Positions 40,867-52,700 of a stretch of DNA of 64,000 bases are shown piece by piece (position 1 is the stretch's first letter; every line of letters begins with the position of its first letter). The DNA is from Octopus vulgaris (lineage: Eukaryota): the NCBI GenBank assembly GCA_951406725.2, contig OX597816.1:145576001-145640000 (forward strand), given 5' to 3'. The notes under the pieces were generated by a model, which saw only the letters and a list, made by a program, of their open reading frames with translations, was not told where the DNA came from and did not search any database. The position numbers and the translations under genes are program-made.

Positions 40867-41654
40867 AGTAAAAATTTATAAAACTTTAAAATAAATGTAG
40901 TTTATCTTCTGTCTGTGTTCAAGAACATGTCTGGAGATTTTTCGCTGAAGTCCTCTTAAAGAAGTTATTGTTATAGTTTGGTATAGAGTTCAAAGTGACA
41001 GAGAGTAAGAGAAGGGTTGTCTATTGTCTAAAAGAAATATGTGTCCACCTTTGTGTGTGTGTGTGTCCTTTCAATATGTTTGGAATATAACCAGCTGTGT
41101 GTTGATGTGTGTGTATATTGTGATGAATGCCTTGTTGAAGAAAGAATTCGGAATTTTCTTTGGGTTAGATGTATTCTTTTGAGTGTCTCCACCTGTGTGT
41201 ATGTGTGTTCGTGTGCGTGTGTTAGTGTGTGTGTGTATGTGTGTGTGAGAGAGAGAGAGAGAGAGACAGAGAGAGACAGAGTGCGTGTATGTGTGATGTG
41301 TTTGTGCATGTGTGAGTGATTTTTCTTGCGATGTTTTCTTTTGTGTATGCGTGTGTGTATTAAGCGCTTGTGTGTGTTTGAGTGTATGTTTTTGTGATGT
41401 TTTCTTCTGTATGTGTGTGTGAATGTGTTTCCGTGTACGTGTGTGTGTTTGTGTGTGCTTTTATGTGATGTTTTCTTTTTTGTGTATATGTGTACGTTTG
41501 TAAGCGAGTGTATGTGTGTAGTCATATAGATATTGGAGAAAAGATTTAGGAAATGATGGGAAGTAGTTTTCAAAACGATAATATGTATCAAATTGTTTTT
41601 AAGTGTCTGTTCTTATTTATTGGTTGGAAGTGGTTGGGTCTACACTTGTTTTTC

Positions 41655-42170
41655 GGTGTATTGTTCAATAGGTCATTTTCTTCTAGGAGCATTATCAACT
41701 TCTTTCCATGACTTTACTGATATGAAAAGTCAGTGAGATTGGACTGTAGTTTTTGGCTTCGGCTCTGCTTCCGCCTTTGTGGATAGGGCATATAATGCCT
41801 TCTTACAGCTTTTTAGGGATCATACCACTTGCAAGGAAACTTTGGAAAAGTATCTGAAGAGATTTCGCTAAAGCATGGTTACATGACTTTAGAAGAATAG
41901 CTAGGAAGCCATCAGGGCCAGTGGCGGAGTATGAGTTCATTTCATTTATGGCCGCTGTTACATCTGTTTCCTCACTGTTGATGTAATCGATGGCTGGCGC
42001 CTTCTTTTTTAGAGCGGCAATTTCAAAGAATTCGGCCGGATTTTTTATCTGCGTTTGTCCAAGGGAGGAAAGTGAAGACACTTTTAAATTGTTCACTGAG
42101 TATTTCACTTATTCTTATTGGGTTCGCCATCATTGAGCCATTCCCTTGGCACAATGGTCACATTTGATAT
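41655..42170 (-). mobile_element. Decayed CR1-group RT fragment
   Basis: SYSATGPDGFLAILLKSC..LQILFQSFLASGMIP..ICPIHKGGSRAEAKNYSPISL. Confidence 0.85.
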
Positions 42171-42243
42171 TGTATTGTGGCTGTTTCTTTTGTGAATTCA
42201 TAGAAAGATTTGGGATTTGATTTTATACTTCCCACCGCATTTG

Positions 42244-42303
<60 letters not shown>

Positions 42304-42354
42304 TGTGTGTTTTGTGTGTGTGTGTGTGTGAGCGTGTGTGTGCGTGTGTGTGTG

Positions 42355-42551
42355 TGTCAGTGTTTGTCCACCCATCACATCACTTCAGATGTTGGTGGTT
42401 TATATCCCTGTAACTTGACAGTTTGGCAAAAGATACCGACAGAATAAGTACTAGGCTTCCAAAAAATATAAGTGCTGAGGTCGTTTTCTTCGATTAAAAA
42501 GCCAGCAAGGTCGCTGTCAAATGACTGTGATAAAAGTAAAAGAATAAAGAA
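42355..42551 (+). mobile_element. 3' half of SINE family B
   Basis: tgtttgtcc..gatgttggtg..ggcaaaagataccgacagaataagtact..gtcaaatgactg..aagtaaaagaataaaga. Confidence 0.75.
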
Positions 42552-43147
42552 ATTACGTACACGTATGTTTGTATAGTTATAATGTAGATATAAATATTCA
42601 GTAAAGATTTCCTATTTCGAAAATCGATCTGTAAGCCTTTTACATACTACGATTTTCTGGCCTTCAAAAGAATTAACAAATCTACAAAGGTATAATAAAC
42701 GTGGTTTACCAACATAGCAATACACACAGAATAATATCGACATTGCATGCTCTCTTTCTTTTCTCTCCTAAATAAATATTTCTTAACTAATATTATTTTG
42801 ACTCTGTGTAGCGTTTTATTATTTGTACGGATGTATTTTTCAGAGCATATATGTACACAACGAATAGTAACAATTGCAAATGCAATTTATTCATTCAAAA
42901 CAATATTAGCTTTGGAAGATTTGGTATTGAATGCAATTCATCACCGCTTGTTCAAGTTTTCGCCGGTATATAATTGTAGATATGAATGCTAAAAGCTTAG
43001 GTGAAACTAAGGTATGTAACAGACAACTGGAAATTTGATATACGTCTGCATACAATACGTTATCTTCGGGCTAATAAATTTAGTCTGAAATTGCAAAATG
43101 TGCATACATACATACATATATACGTATATACATACATACATACGTAA

Positions 43148-43189
<42 letters not shown>

Positions 43190-43841
43190 TACTATAACCA
43201 CATTGTACGGAACGCGAGTGAATGCAACTCTCGAAGCGAGCCCCCTAAAAACAAACTCCGCTTGCATATCATATGATTTCGTAATTAGAGCACAAAATGC
43301 ACTTTTTACTCGTCAGTGCAAGCATAGTCGAGACATATAAAAATAAACAAAAGTAGCATACCAGACGAACACCACATGTATCCAGCATAGTACATAGAAA
43401 TTGTTTGCATTTATATATCTATGTAAGAGGCGGTTTCGAATTGCATTTCGGTACGCATTTCAGTACGCAGAGAAACAGTATATATATTTTTTTTAATGAA
43501 ACAGAAGCCAAATTCTTCTATTACTATGCAAATAAGCATAGGGCCGCTGTCTCACCCGTTAGTCTACTGGTTGGTGATAGCTGCATTCTCCAACTTAATT
43601 AATCACTTTTTTCTGTATTTAAGGTGGTAAATTAGCCAAATTCTGCTTAAATAAGTATAGTGTTATTTGTAAACTATAATAAAATAAGTTTTGATATTCA
43701 AATTTTAATTTTAGCTGCAATATTTGGAGTTAAAAGTTTTTTTCATTCTTTACTTTACTAGAAGTAATAGCTTGTCCCATACTTTTACAGGTGGTGTTAT
43801 TACTTTGGTCCAAACTTATTTAAGATATCTAAATTATATAT

Positions 43842-44055
43842 AATTGCAGCGTGGAAGGTGTTTATAAGCCATTTAAGAAATACACAAAAAAACGTTAGAT
43901 TCACTTCAACATTTAAATATTTAATTTTCCAAAATATTTTCGTCGCTTTGAGAACGCGACTTCTTCACTGACAAAATTTCGTGCTGCACTGAAGTAAATC
44001 TAACGGTTTTTGTGTGTTTCTTAAATGGCTTATAAACACCTTCCACGCTTCAATT
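43842..44055. repeat. ~66-bp inverted repeat (about 4 substitutions + 1 indel) with a hammerhead-like motif in the 81-nt spacer
   Basis: 43842-43908 vs reverse complement of 43990-44055. Confidence 0.9.
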
Positions 44056-44136
44056 GTTTTCGGTCAAGCACACGATCTAAGATAAGGTCACTTGCCATGC
44101 AAGTATATCACCGTCAGATTATATATATGTATATGT

Positions 44137-44530
44137 AGGAGTGGCTGTGTGGTAAGTAGTTTGCTAACCAGCCACATGCTTCCGGGTTCAGTCCCACTGC
44201 GTGACATCTTGGGCAAGTGTCTTCTGCTATAGCCCCGGGCCGACCAATGCTTTGTGAGTGGATTTGGTGGACGGAAACAGAAAGAAGCCTGTCGTATATA
44301 TGTATATATATATATGAGTGTGTGTATGTGTTTGTCCCTCGAGTATTGCTTGACAACCAATGCTGGTGTGTTTACGTCCCCGTCACTTAGCGGTTCGGCA
44401 AAAGAAACCGATAGAATAATTACTGGACTTACAAAGAATAAGTCCTGGGGTCGATTTGCTCGACTAAAAGGCAGTGCTCCAGCATGACCGCAGTCAAATA
44501 ACTGAAACAAGTAAAAGAGTAAGAATAAAA

Positions 44531-44532
<2 letters not shown>
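44137..44532 (+). mobile_element. SINE family B
   Basis: Highly similar to 22706-23099. Confidence 0.9.
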
Positions 44533-44576
<44 letters not shown>

Positions 44577-44732
44577 ATATATGTATATATATATGTATCT
44601 ATATATATATATATTTATATATATATATATATATATATATTAATATACATAAATATATATATATACTAGCTGAAGGTGACCCGCTCTACGCGCGGGTAAG
44701 AGTGTGGTTGTTACTTTCTGTTGCTTCCTTTC

Positions 44733-45046
44733 AGCACGTAAAAAGCACCATACGAACGTGGCCGATTGCAGCACCGCCTTGACTGGCTTCTGTGCTGGTG
44801 GCACGTAAAAAGCACCAACCGATCGTGGCCGCTGCCAGCCCCCTGGCACCTGTGCAGGCGGCACGAAAAAAGCACCCACTACGCTCACAGAGTGGTTGGC
44901 GTTAGGAAGGGCATCCACCTGTCGAAACACTGCCAGATCAGACTGGAGCCTGGTGCAGCCTCCTGGCTTCCCAGACCCCTGTCAAACTGTCCAACCCGTG
45001 CTAGCACGGAAAACGGGCGTTAAACGATGATGATGATGATGATGAT
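44733..45046 (+). mobile_element. 5'-truncated retroposon 3' end with (GAT)n tail (RTE-type), nested in the Helitron
   Basis: Absent from Helitron copy 1; three gcacg(t/a)aaaaagcacc repeats; ends cgttaaac(gat)n. Confidence 0.7.
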
Positions 45047-45734
45047 TCTCCCTCTTTGTTTCTTTCTCCTTTCTCTCTCACTTTCCCCACTCTCTTACTC
45101 TTCCTTTCTCTCGGACTCTCCCTCGCTTTCTCTTACTCTCTATCTTTATGTATCTCTCTCCCATTTATAAACAACAAAAGATCTTGAGTAAGTTGAGAAA
45201 TAAAATATTTAGAAAGATCAATCATAAATATCAGGCAGTTACAAAGGAAAGGTCTGCTTCAAGACAGACAGTAAAACACTAACATTAAAAAGGACAGCCT
45301 AACTTGCGAGCTGAATAAAAATAATAAAATATTGGAAACCAAAGTGTGAAGGGATAGAATTTGAGGATAGTAGAGTCACCATGGCTGGCATTTCTTAACG
45401 ACGGACAGCAACGTATTGACAGTTCAACGGCTGGCGTAAAATTTAGAACTTGATGTAAAAGAAAATCCCTAAAAACCAAGTTTTGACTTGATTCGTTCTC
45501 ACGACAGTAGACTCACGATGGCAAGCATTCAAAACTTCTTCATCGTGGACGGCAACACATTGACGATTAAAAGGCTGGCGCAAATTTTTTAGCTTGATGT
45601 AACAGAGAATTGCTAAACACCCTCTCCTTTAAATTTTAATCCCCTTCCAGCCCCATTTATACCCCTTTTCACCTTTTGGTTAATATAACCCGATTTCATT
45701 TGGGTCTACTGGGGCCACATTTTATAAGATGAGG

Positions 45735-45932
45735 ACTCAACCAAGTTTCCCAAGTTCTGGTCATAGACCATAGAACACTCAACCAAGTTTCCCGATTTCT
45801 GGTCATAGACCATAGAACAGTCAAGCAAGTTTCCCGAGTTCTGGTCATAGACCATAGAACACTCAACCAAGTTTCCCGAGTTCTGGTCATAGACCATAGA
45901 ACACTAAACCAAGTTTCCCGAGTTCTGGTCAT
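45735..45932. repeat. 42-bp minisatellite, ~4.7 units
   Basis: actcaaccaagtttcccgagttctggtcatagaccatagaac-like units starting at 45735, 45777, 45819, 45861 and 45903. Confidence 0.95.
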
Positions 45933-46177
45933 TTGCAGAATAAATAGAGACGGCGGAGGTGGCAGACGTCGTTGCAATGTAAACATGATTTGTTATAAGA
46001 GAAAGATTGTCCAGATTGTGTGTTGGTGGTGTTGGTGGTGGCGATGATAATTATCATTAGGAAAAAGAGTGAGTGAGTGAGGAAGACATACATAAGTTGT
46101 GGCGATGATAATTGTAGACCCCTTTTCACATTTTGATGAAGAGAACCCGATTTCATTCGGGTGTACTGGGGCCACAT

Positions 46178-46222
<45 letters not shown>

Positions 46223-46326
46223 ACGCTGTAGAAATTAAATTAGAGATAAAACCACTAATAGGGAAATGAAACAGTAAAAAACCAAAAACAAAAACATAAA
46301 AATAAAAATATAATATTAGATATATG

Positions 46327-46357
<31 letters not shown>

Positions 46358-46778
46358 TGACAGGTAGACAATAGAATGCGATGGCGATGGCGATGGGGAT
46401 GGCGATGTAATATTTGTTACTGCCCATGAACGCTGATAGATACATGAGTAAAATGTATAGGAAGGTAAGAGATAAGAGTGAGTGAAAATGTTCTTGGAAG
46501 AGAGTAAATAGCGACAGAGTGATTTGAGGAAGACTTTACATTAAATAACGGTAGTTGCATTGACAAATGAAGAGGAGTGACAGAGTACTGGAGGAAATAG
46601 GGTGAGGTAGGAAGATGGCCCCTAGCAACCACACCTTTTAAGATAGGGATTTCTAAGGTAGCCCACGCGCATCGTCACCTCATTCTACATGTCCGTGTAA
46701 ATTTTGGAGCGAATCGGACGGGATGTAGTGGCATTGAAAGCGAACCAAGCGGTAAAAACGCATTTCAGTTTTATATAT

Positions 46779-46847
<69 letters not shown>

Positions 46848-46850
<3 letters not shown>

Positions 46851-47472
46851 AGATTCAAGTGAATTCTAATGAATTCACATGAATATGGTCCTTAACTAGG
46901 ATGCACCGGAAATCTATATGGTGTTAACCATACGACAAGTGGGGTGATTACACATAGGCAAAAAGCAACAAGAATAGATTAAAATATCGGTACAACTGTT
47001 CTGTACGAGGACATCTTTAATAAGCTACAAAAAATGCAGTAAATATAGATGGCTCGTAATCGTCAGCCGAAAAAACGTCAGAGATTCCCAAACATCAAAA
47101 GGGGTAGATACAAATGAGGGTGTGAGTTTAACTGCATTGAAGAAAGTTCGTTCCTGGAGATCCGATGAAAGGTCTTGAACTTACAGAATATGTGCATGTC
47201 CATATATAGTTCATAGTGAATTGTTAATCAAGTTACGTGAAGAAATTTTGGATACAGTCGTGCGAAATTTCTGAGAATCCGAGTAAGAAGCAAAGTAACA
47301 AACTCACACCCTCATTTGTATCTACCCCTTTTGATGTTTGGGAATCTCTGATGTTTTTTCGGCTGACGAGTACGAGCCATCTATATTTACTGCATTTTTT
47401 GTAGCTTATTAAAGATGTCCTCGTACGAAACAATTGTACCGATATTTTAATCCATTCTTGTTGCTTTTTTCC
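46848..47472. mobile_element. Fold-back, hammerhead-bearing element (Penelope-like, non-autonomous) in (TA)n
   Basis: 170-bp arms 46960-47129 / 47300-47469 with 6 mismatches and a 170-bp spacer; TA tracts on both sides. Confidence 0.8.
47359..47442 (+). ncRNA. Type I hammerhead ribozyme motif (canonical core)
   Basis: UCGG-CUGACGA-GUACGAG...CUCGUAC-GAAA-C-AAUU-G-UA^CCGA; predicted cleavage after 47438. Confidence 0.88.
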
Positions 47473-47533
47473 TATATATATATATATATATATATACATA
47501 TATTATATATATAAATATATACATACATACATC

Positions 47534-47585
<52 letters not shown>

Positions 47586-48698
47586 CGTGTATATGTGTGT
47601 GTATGTGTGCGTGTGTGTAAATAACGCACATCCACAGCACACAGCAGATACACACACAGATATACATACAAACACACGCACAAATACAACACATACCACC
47701 ACACACACCTGCATACATACACAAATACGTACATACACGAACACAATAAGTTCATTCCATAGTTAAAACGCATACACAACGAAAAAACAAACATATACAC
47801 ACGCTATAAAATTCTAACAATCACAACAAACACAGACATACACAGATACACACACCACACAATAACTCACACACATGCACACTCATACAGATATATACAT
47901 ATGCAGGCACACACACACACCACCACCACCACCCGGGCAATTATAACATTACAAACATACACACACATACACGCCGGACCAACACAACACATAAAAACAT
48001 ACACAAGCATATATACACGTACATAGAACCGTGCGCATACACTCACACCCTCATACCATCTTGAACTAGTCGAAAAACCACCGAACCATGACAGACAAGC
48101 CCAGAAACGAAAAAGTCCTTTTGATTCCACAAACTATTCGAAGACAGTTCATGTGACTGCTCTCAACCAACCTCACATACTATTTCTAAAAATAGTAACC
48201 ATCCTTGCAAAACACATATACAAGCCTGGAGAGGAAGAAAAAAGGTTGGTCATTCCTCGTTCAGTTAGTTTGACAAAGCGTCCTAACTAGTTTACGCACC
48301 ACTTCAGTTCGCCATAGCTTGTAGTTTTCCTTTTCTCAAAACAAACCCTGTTACAATTATTTCCAGAACATTATTTCTTCATTTATTGCCTTATTTGCCA
48401 GGAGATATTTAGTAGTTATTTATTAAGACTAATGCACGAGCATGTACACTTCCTTTAGTTTACCATTAGGGGCAATATTGTATTATTCACATGTTTATAA
48501 TTCAAATGTTAAGGTAGCTGTTGTTAAAAAAAAGAAACTTTTCTTTAATGCTTAACTCTGATAAAATAAATATCAATGTTATCGCGTAATACATTTGAGG
48601 ACTGCTCCTGGGTTAGAATTTGTAACCCAGGTTGATTTTCACGTTGTTATATTATATTCACTCACTCGCATGAATACCCAAAAATTGCTTTAAATAAT

Positions 48699-48899
48699 GG
48701 TTTCAAATTTTTGTACAAGACCGACAATTTCAGGAAAGGGTCGTAATTCATTACATTAAGCCTAGTATTCAACTGGTACACATTTTATCGATGAAATGCA
48801 TAGACAACCTTGGCGGGATTTGAACCCAGAACATAAAGGCAAACGAAATGACGCTAACCATTTTAGCAGGTGTGCTAACAATTCTGCTAACTCGCTGCC
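48699..48899 (-). mobile_element. SINE family A
   Basis: Reverse complement begins ggcagcgagttagcagaattgttagcacacc; B box gggttcaaatccc. Confidence 0.8.
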
Positions 48900-48985
48900 T
48901 TAAAACTACATTATGTAAAATACAATTCTATGAAATATGCATGGTTGTACATGTGTGTGTGTGCGTGTGCATGTATGTATGTATA

Positions 48986-49054
<69 letters not shown>

Positions 49055-49379
49055 TAGAAGGTTGAAATGGAACACACAAGTTGATATATATGGAAAAATG
49101 TCAAGTATAAAATGCTAAAATAATTTTATAAAGAACATTTCATTACTGGTTTCAGTCATTTAGAATTTTTCAACTGTAAGTATTGAAAACAATTAAATTT
49201 TGGAAACATTAAAAGAAAATACGCAGTATTCAAATACAACGGACATTTTACTTGTTTCCGTCTGTCTCTGTCTCTCTTGTTTACTCTTGGCTCTTTTTCA
49301 GCAGGGGAAATGTTTTGAAGGATGGTGTCGAAGGCTTAATTGTTGAGAGGTTTGGTAGGGCTTTTGGTTGTAAATCCTT

Positions 49380-49745
49380 CTTTAATTTCGGATGTCTGAG
49401 TTCGTGGATGTTGTAGGCCACGTTGAAAGCATATTAGTGAAGGTGGGTAGTTCCTGGTGATGAATGTATCCTTTAGTTCATGTAGTCGAGTCTCTGGTGT
49501 TTGCATTAGAAACTATAGTACATATACTTTTTGCTAGGCTGAAGGTGATATTCATTCTGGTGTGTCTGGGGTGGCATGAGTTGAACGGTAGTAATTGCTT
49601 CGAGTCCGTGGGCTTATAATTTATATCTGTTTCTATTACGTTGTTAGATTTTTTAATGAGGATGACGAGGAAGGAAAATTGTTGATGGCAATATTCCATC
49701 GTGAACTGAATGTTTACGTCACATCCATTTATATGTGCGTGGAAT
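49380..49745 (-). mobile_element. Penelope-like element RT thumb/linker fragment
   Basis: NIQFTME..FSFLVILI..ETDINYKPTDSKQLLPFNSCHPRHTRMNITFSLAKSICTIVS..TRD..HELKDTFITRNYP matches the PLE pattern IQFTxE..PFLD..YxKPT..SxHP.. Confidence 0.88.
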
Positions 49746-52700
49746 TCTAGACACACACACATATATGTGAGTGTGTGCGTGTGTGTATGTGTGCGAGTGT
49801 GTGTGTATGTGTGCGAGTGTGTGTGCGTATACACAAACACACACACACACATTTATACATACATGTAGACAGACACATATTTAAATTTGTATGCGGCTGT
49901 GAGAATAGATATGTATGTGTGCTTGTATTAATGTCTGTATATGTGTATATACATCCATATATAAGATATTAAGTATAATAGATAAGTTTGTCTGGATATT
50001 CGTATTGTAATAATTATTCACAAGCATGTGTAGACGTACTTTCAGGCTCAGCTATGTGCACATAATAATGTAGATTTCCAGTTTTATATATATGCTACTT
50101 CTAAAACTATTTCGATTTGGATACTTTTTTTTTTATTATTTCAAAGAAAATAATGAGGAATAGATCTAAAGAAAATATGGAGAAATTAGAATTACACACG
50201 CACTTAAAACATAAAAACCGGATGAAAGTATATTGAAAATGGTAATATTAAATTACAATTAATTTGCAAACTGAAACATAAAGGAACTGAACAATTCACA
50301 CACACACGCACGCACACACACAAACACACACACATGCACGCACACACACACACACACGTGTGTTTGTGTGTATATGTGTGCGCTAGTGTATGTGCCTATG
50401 CGAGTGTATATATATATATGTATATATATATATATGTATATATATATATACACGCACACACATATATATATAGTTTACATATATATATTTATATATTTTA
50501 TATACATAGTTATACATAAATAGGCATGTATTTTAGTGGTGCAAGATGCAATTGCAATAGTTCACTAGTTTTCCGGTCAAATGTCAGCATTAGCTTTCTT
50601 AGTAATAGTACGAATTTGGAGGAGCTTTGCTTGATATACATAAAAACACATACACCGTATTGATTGTTTTTTTGTTTTTTTGTATAGTTGCATATAACAT
50701 ATCACTGAAATGATACTCGAATGAGCAATAACTAATTTAATTTGAATATCAAATATAAGTTATTTTTAGTAGAGAGACGCTCCTGTGACTTTGAAGATTT
50801 AGCTTAGTTTTCATCGTTAGACTTTAAAGTACTTTAGGTTAATTAATAGTTATATATAGTTTATGGTCATCTTCTTGGAGAAGGTCCCTTTGTTGCAAAT
50901 TTGCCATGATATAATTAACTTGGTAACATACACAGAAAGACATTTTTAGATGCTTTAAACAAGGAAGAAGAAATAATGAGAATTTCCGAAGAAAGATGTG
51001 GTAGACTAATAGGAAGGAGTAGGAAGAAAAAAAAAGGAAGAAGAAACCAATTAAATGAAATATATGTTGAAAAAGGTATATATGAAAAGTTTATATAAAA
51101 GGTAATCAATATTCAGTAATTAAAGGAAATATATTTTAAGGGCAGAGCGATAAATACAGGTCAAATATTGTGATTCGAACTGATATTTTGTGTCCGTGCA
51201 TATCTTCAGATATTTAGCTTATTACTTTTTCTGGCCTCTGGAAACTCATTATTTCTCGCTACCCATTTAAACTAATCCTGAGCAGAATTTTATAGGCCTC
51301 AAAAAACACCTTTGTTGCAGCTAAAATTTGACATTACGAAAATAGACTTTTACATATATATATATTCATACATGTGTGTGTGTGTATGTGTGTGTGTGTG
51401 TGTAAAGGTATATGTATATATATAGAGGGCGACAAAAAACCAAATATTTTAAGGTGAAATTCCTGATGTACAATCATTATTTTTCTATATAAAATGATAA
51501 GTGCCTATGTGTGTATATATATATGTGTGTGTGTATGTGTGTGTTGTGGGGAGTGTGTGTATCTGTATGCTTGCGCCTGTGCATCAATATATCCGTGTGC
51601 TAATATAGAGATGTATATTATATGATATTGTTTTATGTAATTATGAAATTTCACTGTAGATTCGAAATTTACAAGTTTTTAAAGTGTATAGATTTAAACA
51701 ACTTACGAATTGCCATTATTCACATTTAACGTATTTTGTAATAAATGCTAAAATCTACAGATGTAATAACCCAGCAAAGGTTGTTAGTTTCCCTTATGAT
51801 TTTGAAGTACTGACCCGTCCGAGCAGCATAATGTCATTATGGTATTATCTTCCTAGAGCGAAGGGTGGGATACGTTCGATTAATACTGTCTAATCTTTAT
51901 ACATTATATTATTGAATGCAGATAATAAGCTAACTGTATCTATAAGCCATTTTGATACAAATCCGTCCCTAAAAACGGAAAGTATTCAGCTTTACAGAAA
52001 TGCAAGTAATCTATAACTGATTCCCCTACGAAATTTTATTAGTGCTATTTCGGCGATATCAAGACATGCTGAAGACAGTATTTATAAAAGTAGTAACATG
52101 CCCCAAACGAACAGATATAACTCTGTCTTACTAACATATCACGAAAGTGTTCGAGTGAGCCACATGCGATATACTAATCAAAGGCATTCCACAAGAAGAA
52201 AACATCTGGCACAGGATTTACAAATATAAAACTAAATTATTAGTTATCTGGATAAAAAGTTGACTGTATATAATTTAATGCCGGTACTATATAAAGTGTA
52301 ATCTTGTTTCTAATGCTGTGATAAGGTTGACATCACAGTGAAGTAAGACATTTTTTATCTTTGCTTTCTTGAACGACCGATGCCAGACGTTAACAGTCAT
52401 AGAAAGCTGTCTGACATATCCCTGTTGATAATTCGCGTGATACAATTCATCTTTATCCTCCTTCGCTCTTCATAATCCTCTTAACAATGCAGATAATATA
52501 AAAATTAAACATAAGAATCAACTATGCAGACGACTCCTATATGATGCGAGGCATTAAGATTCGCGACTCTATTAATGTTCATCGCAGCAAAATTTCATGT
52601 CCACCTGATGAAGAGAAGGTCCCCGGCGAAATATTCTAAGTCATCTTAAAGATAACAACAATAGAACACTGCGAATCAAGTTGACTTGGTTATAGCTTTG

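Larger units (their letters stand above)
44666..46783 (-). mobile_element. Non-autonomous Helitron-like element, copy 2 (complete termini)
   Basis: Minus strand reads A|TCTCTATATATAAAACTG ... acccgc-gcgtaga-gcgggt-caccttcag-CTAG|T; no TSD; inserted in (TA)n. Confidence 0.75.

Noticed and set aside
45696-45986. Repetitive ORFs (MTRTRETWLSVLWS)n and CRISPR-like periodicity
   Set aside because: 42-bp head-to-tail minisatellite with no unique spacers, in a eukaryotic context.
52605-52640. CTGATGA...GAAA
   Set aside because: The intervening sequence does not form stem II and the flanks do not pair.
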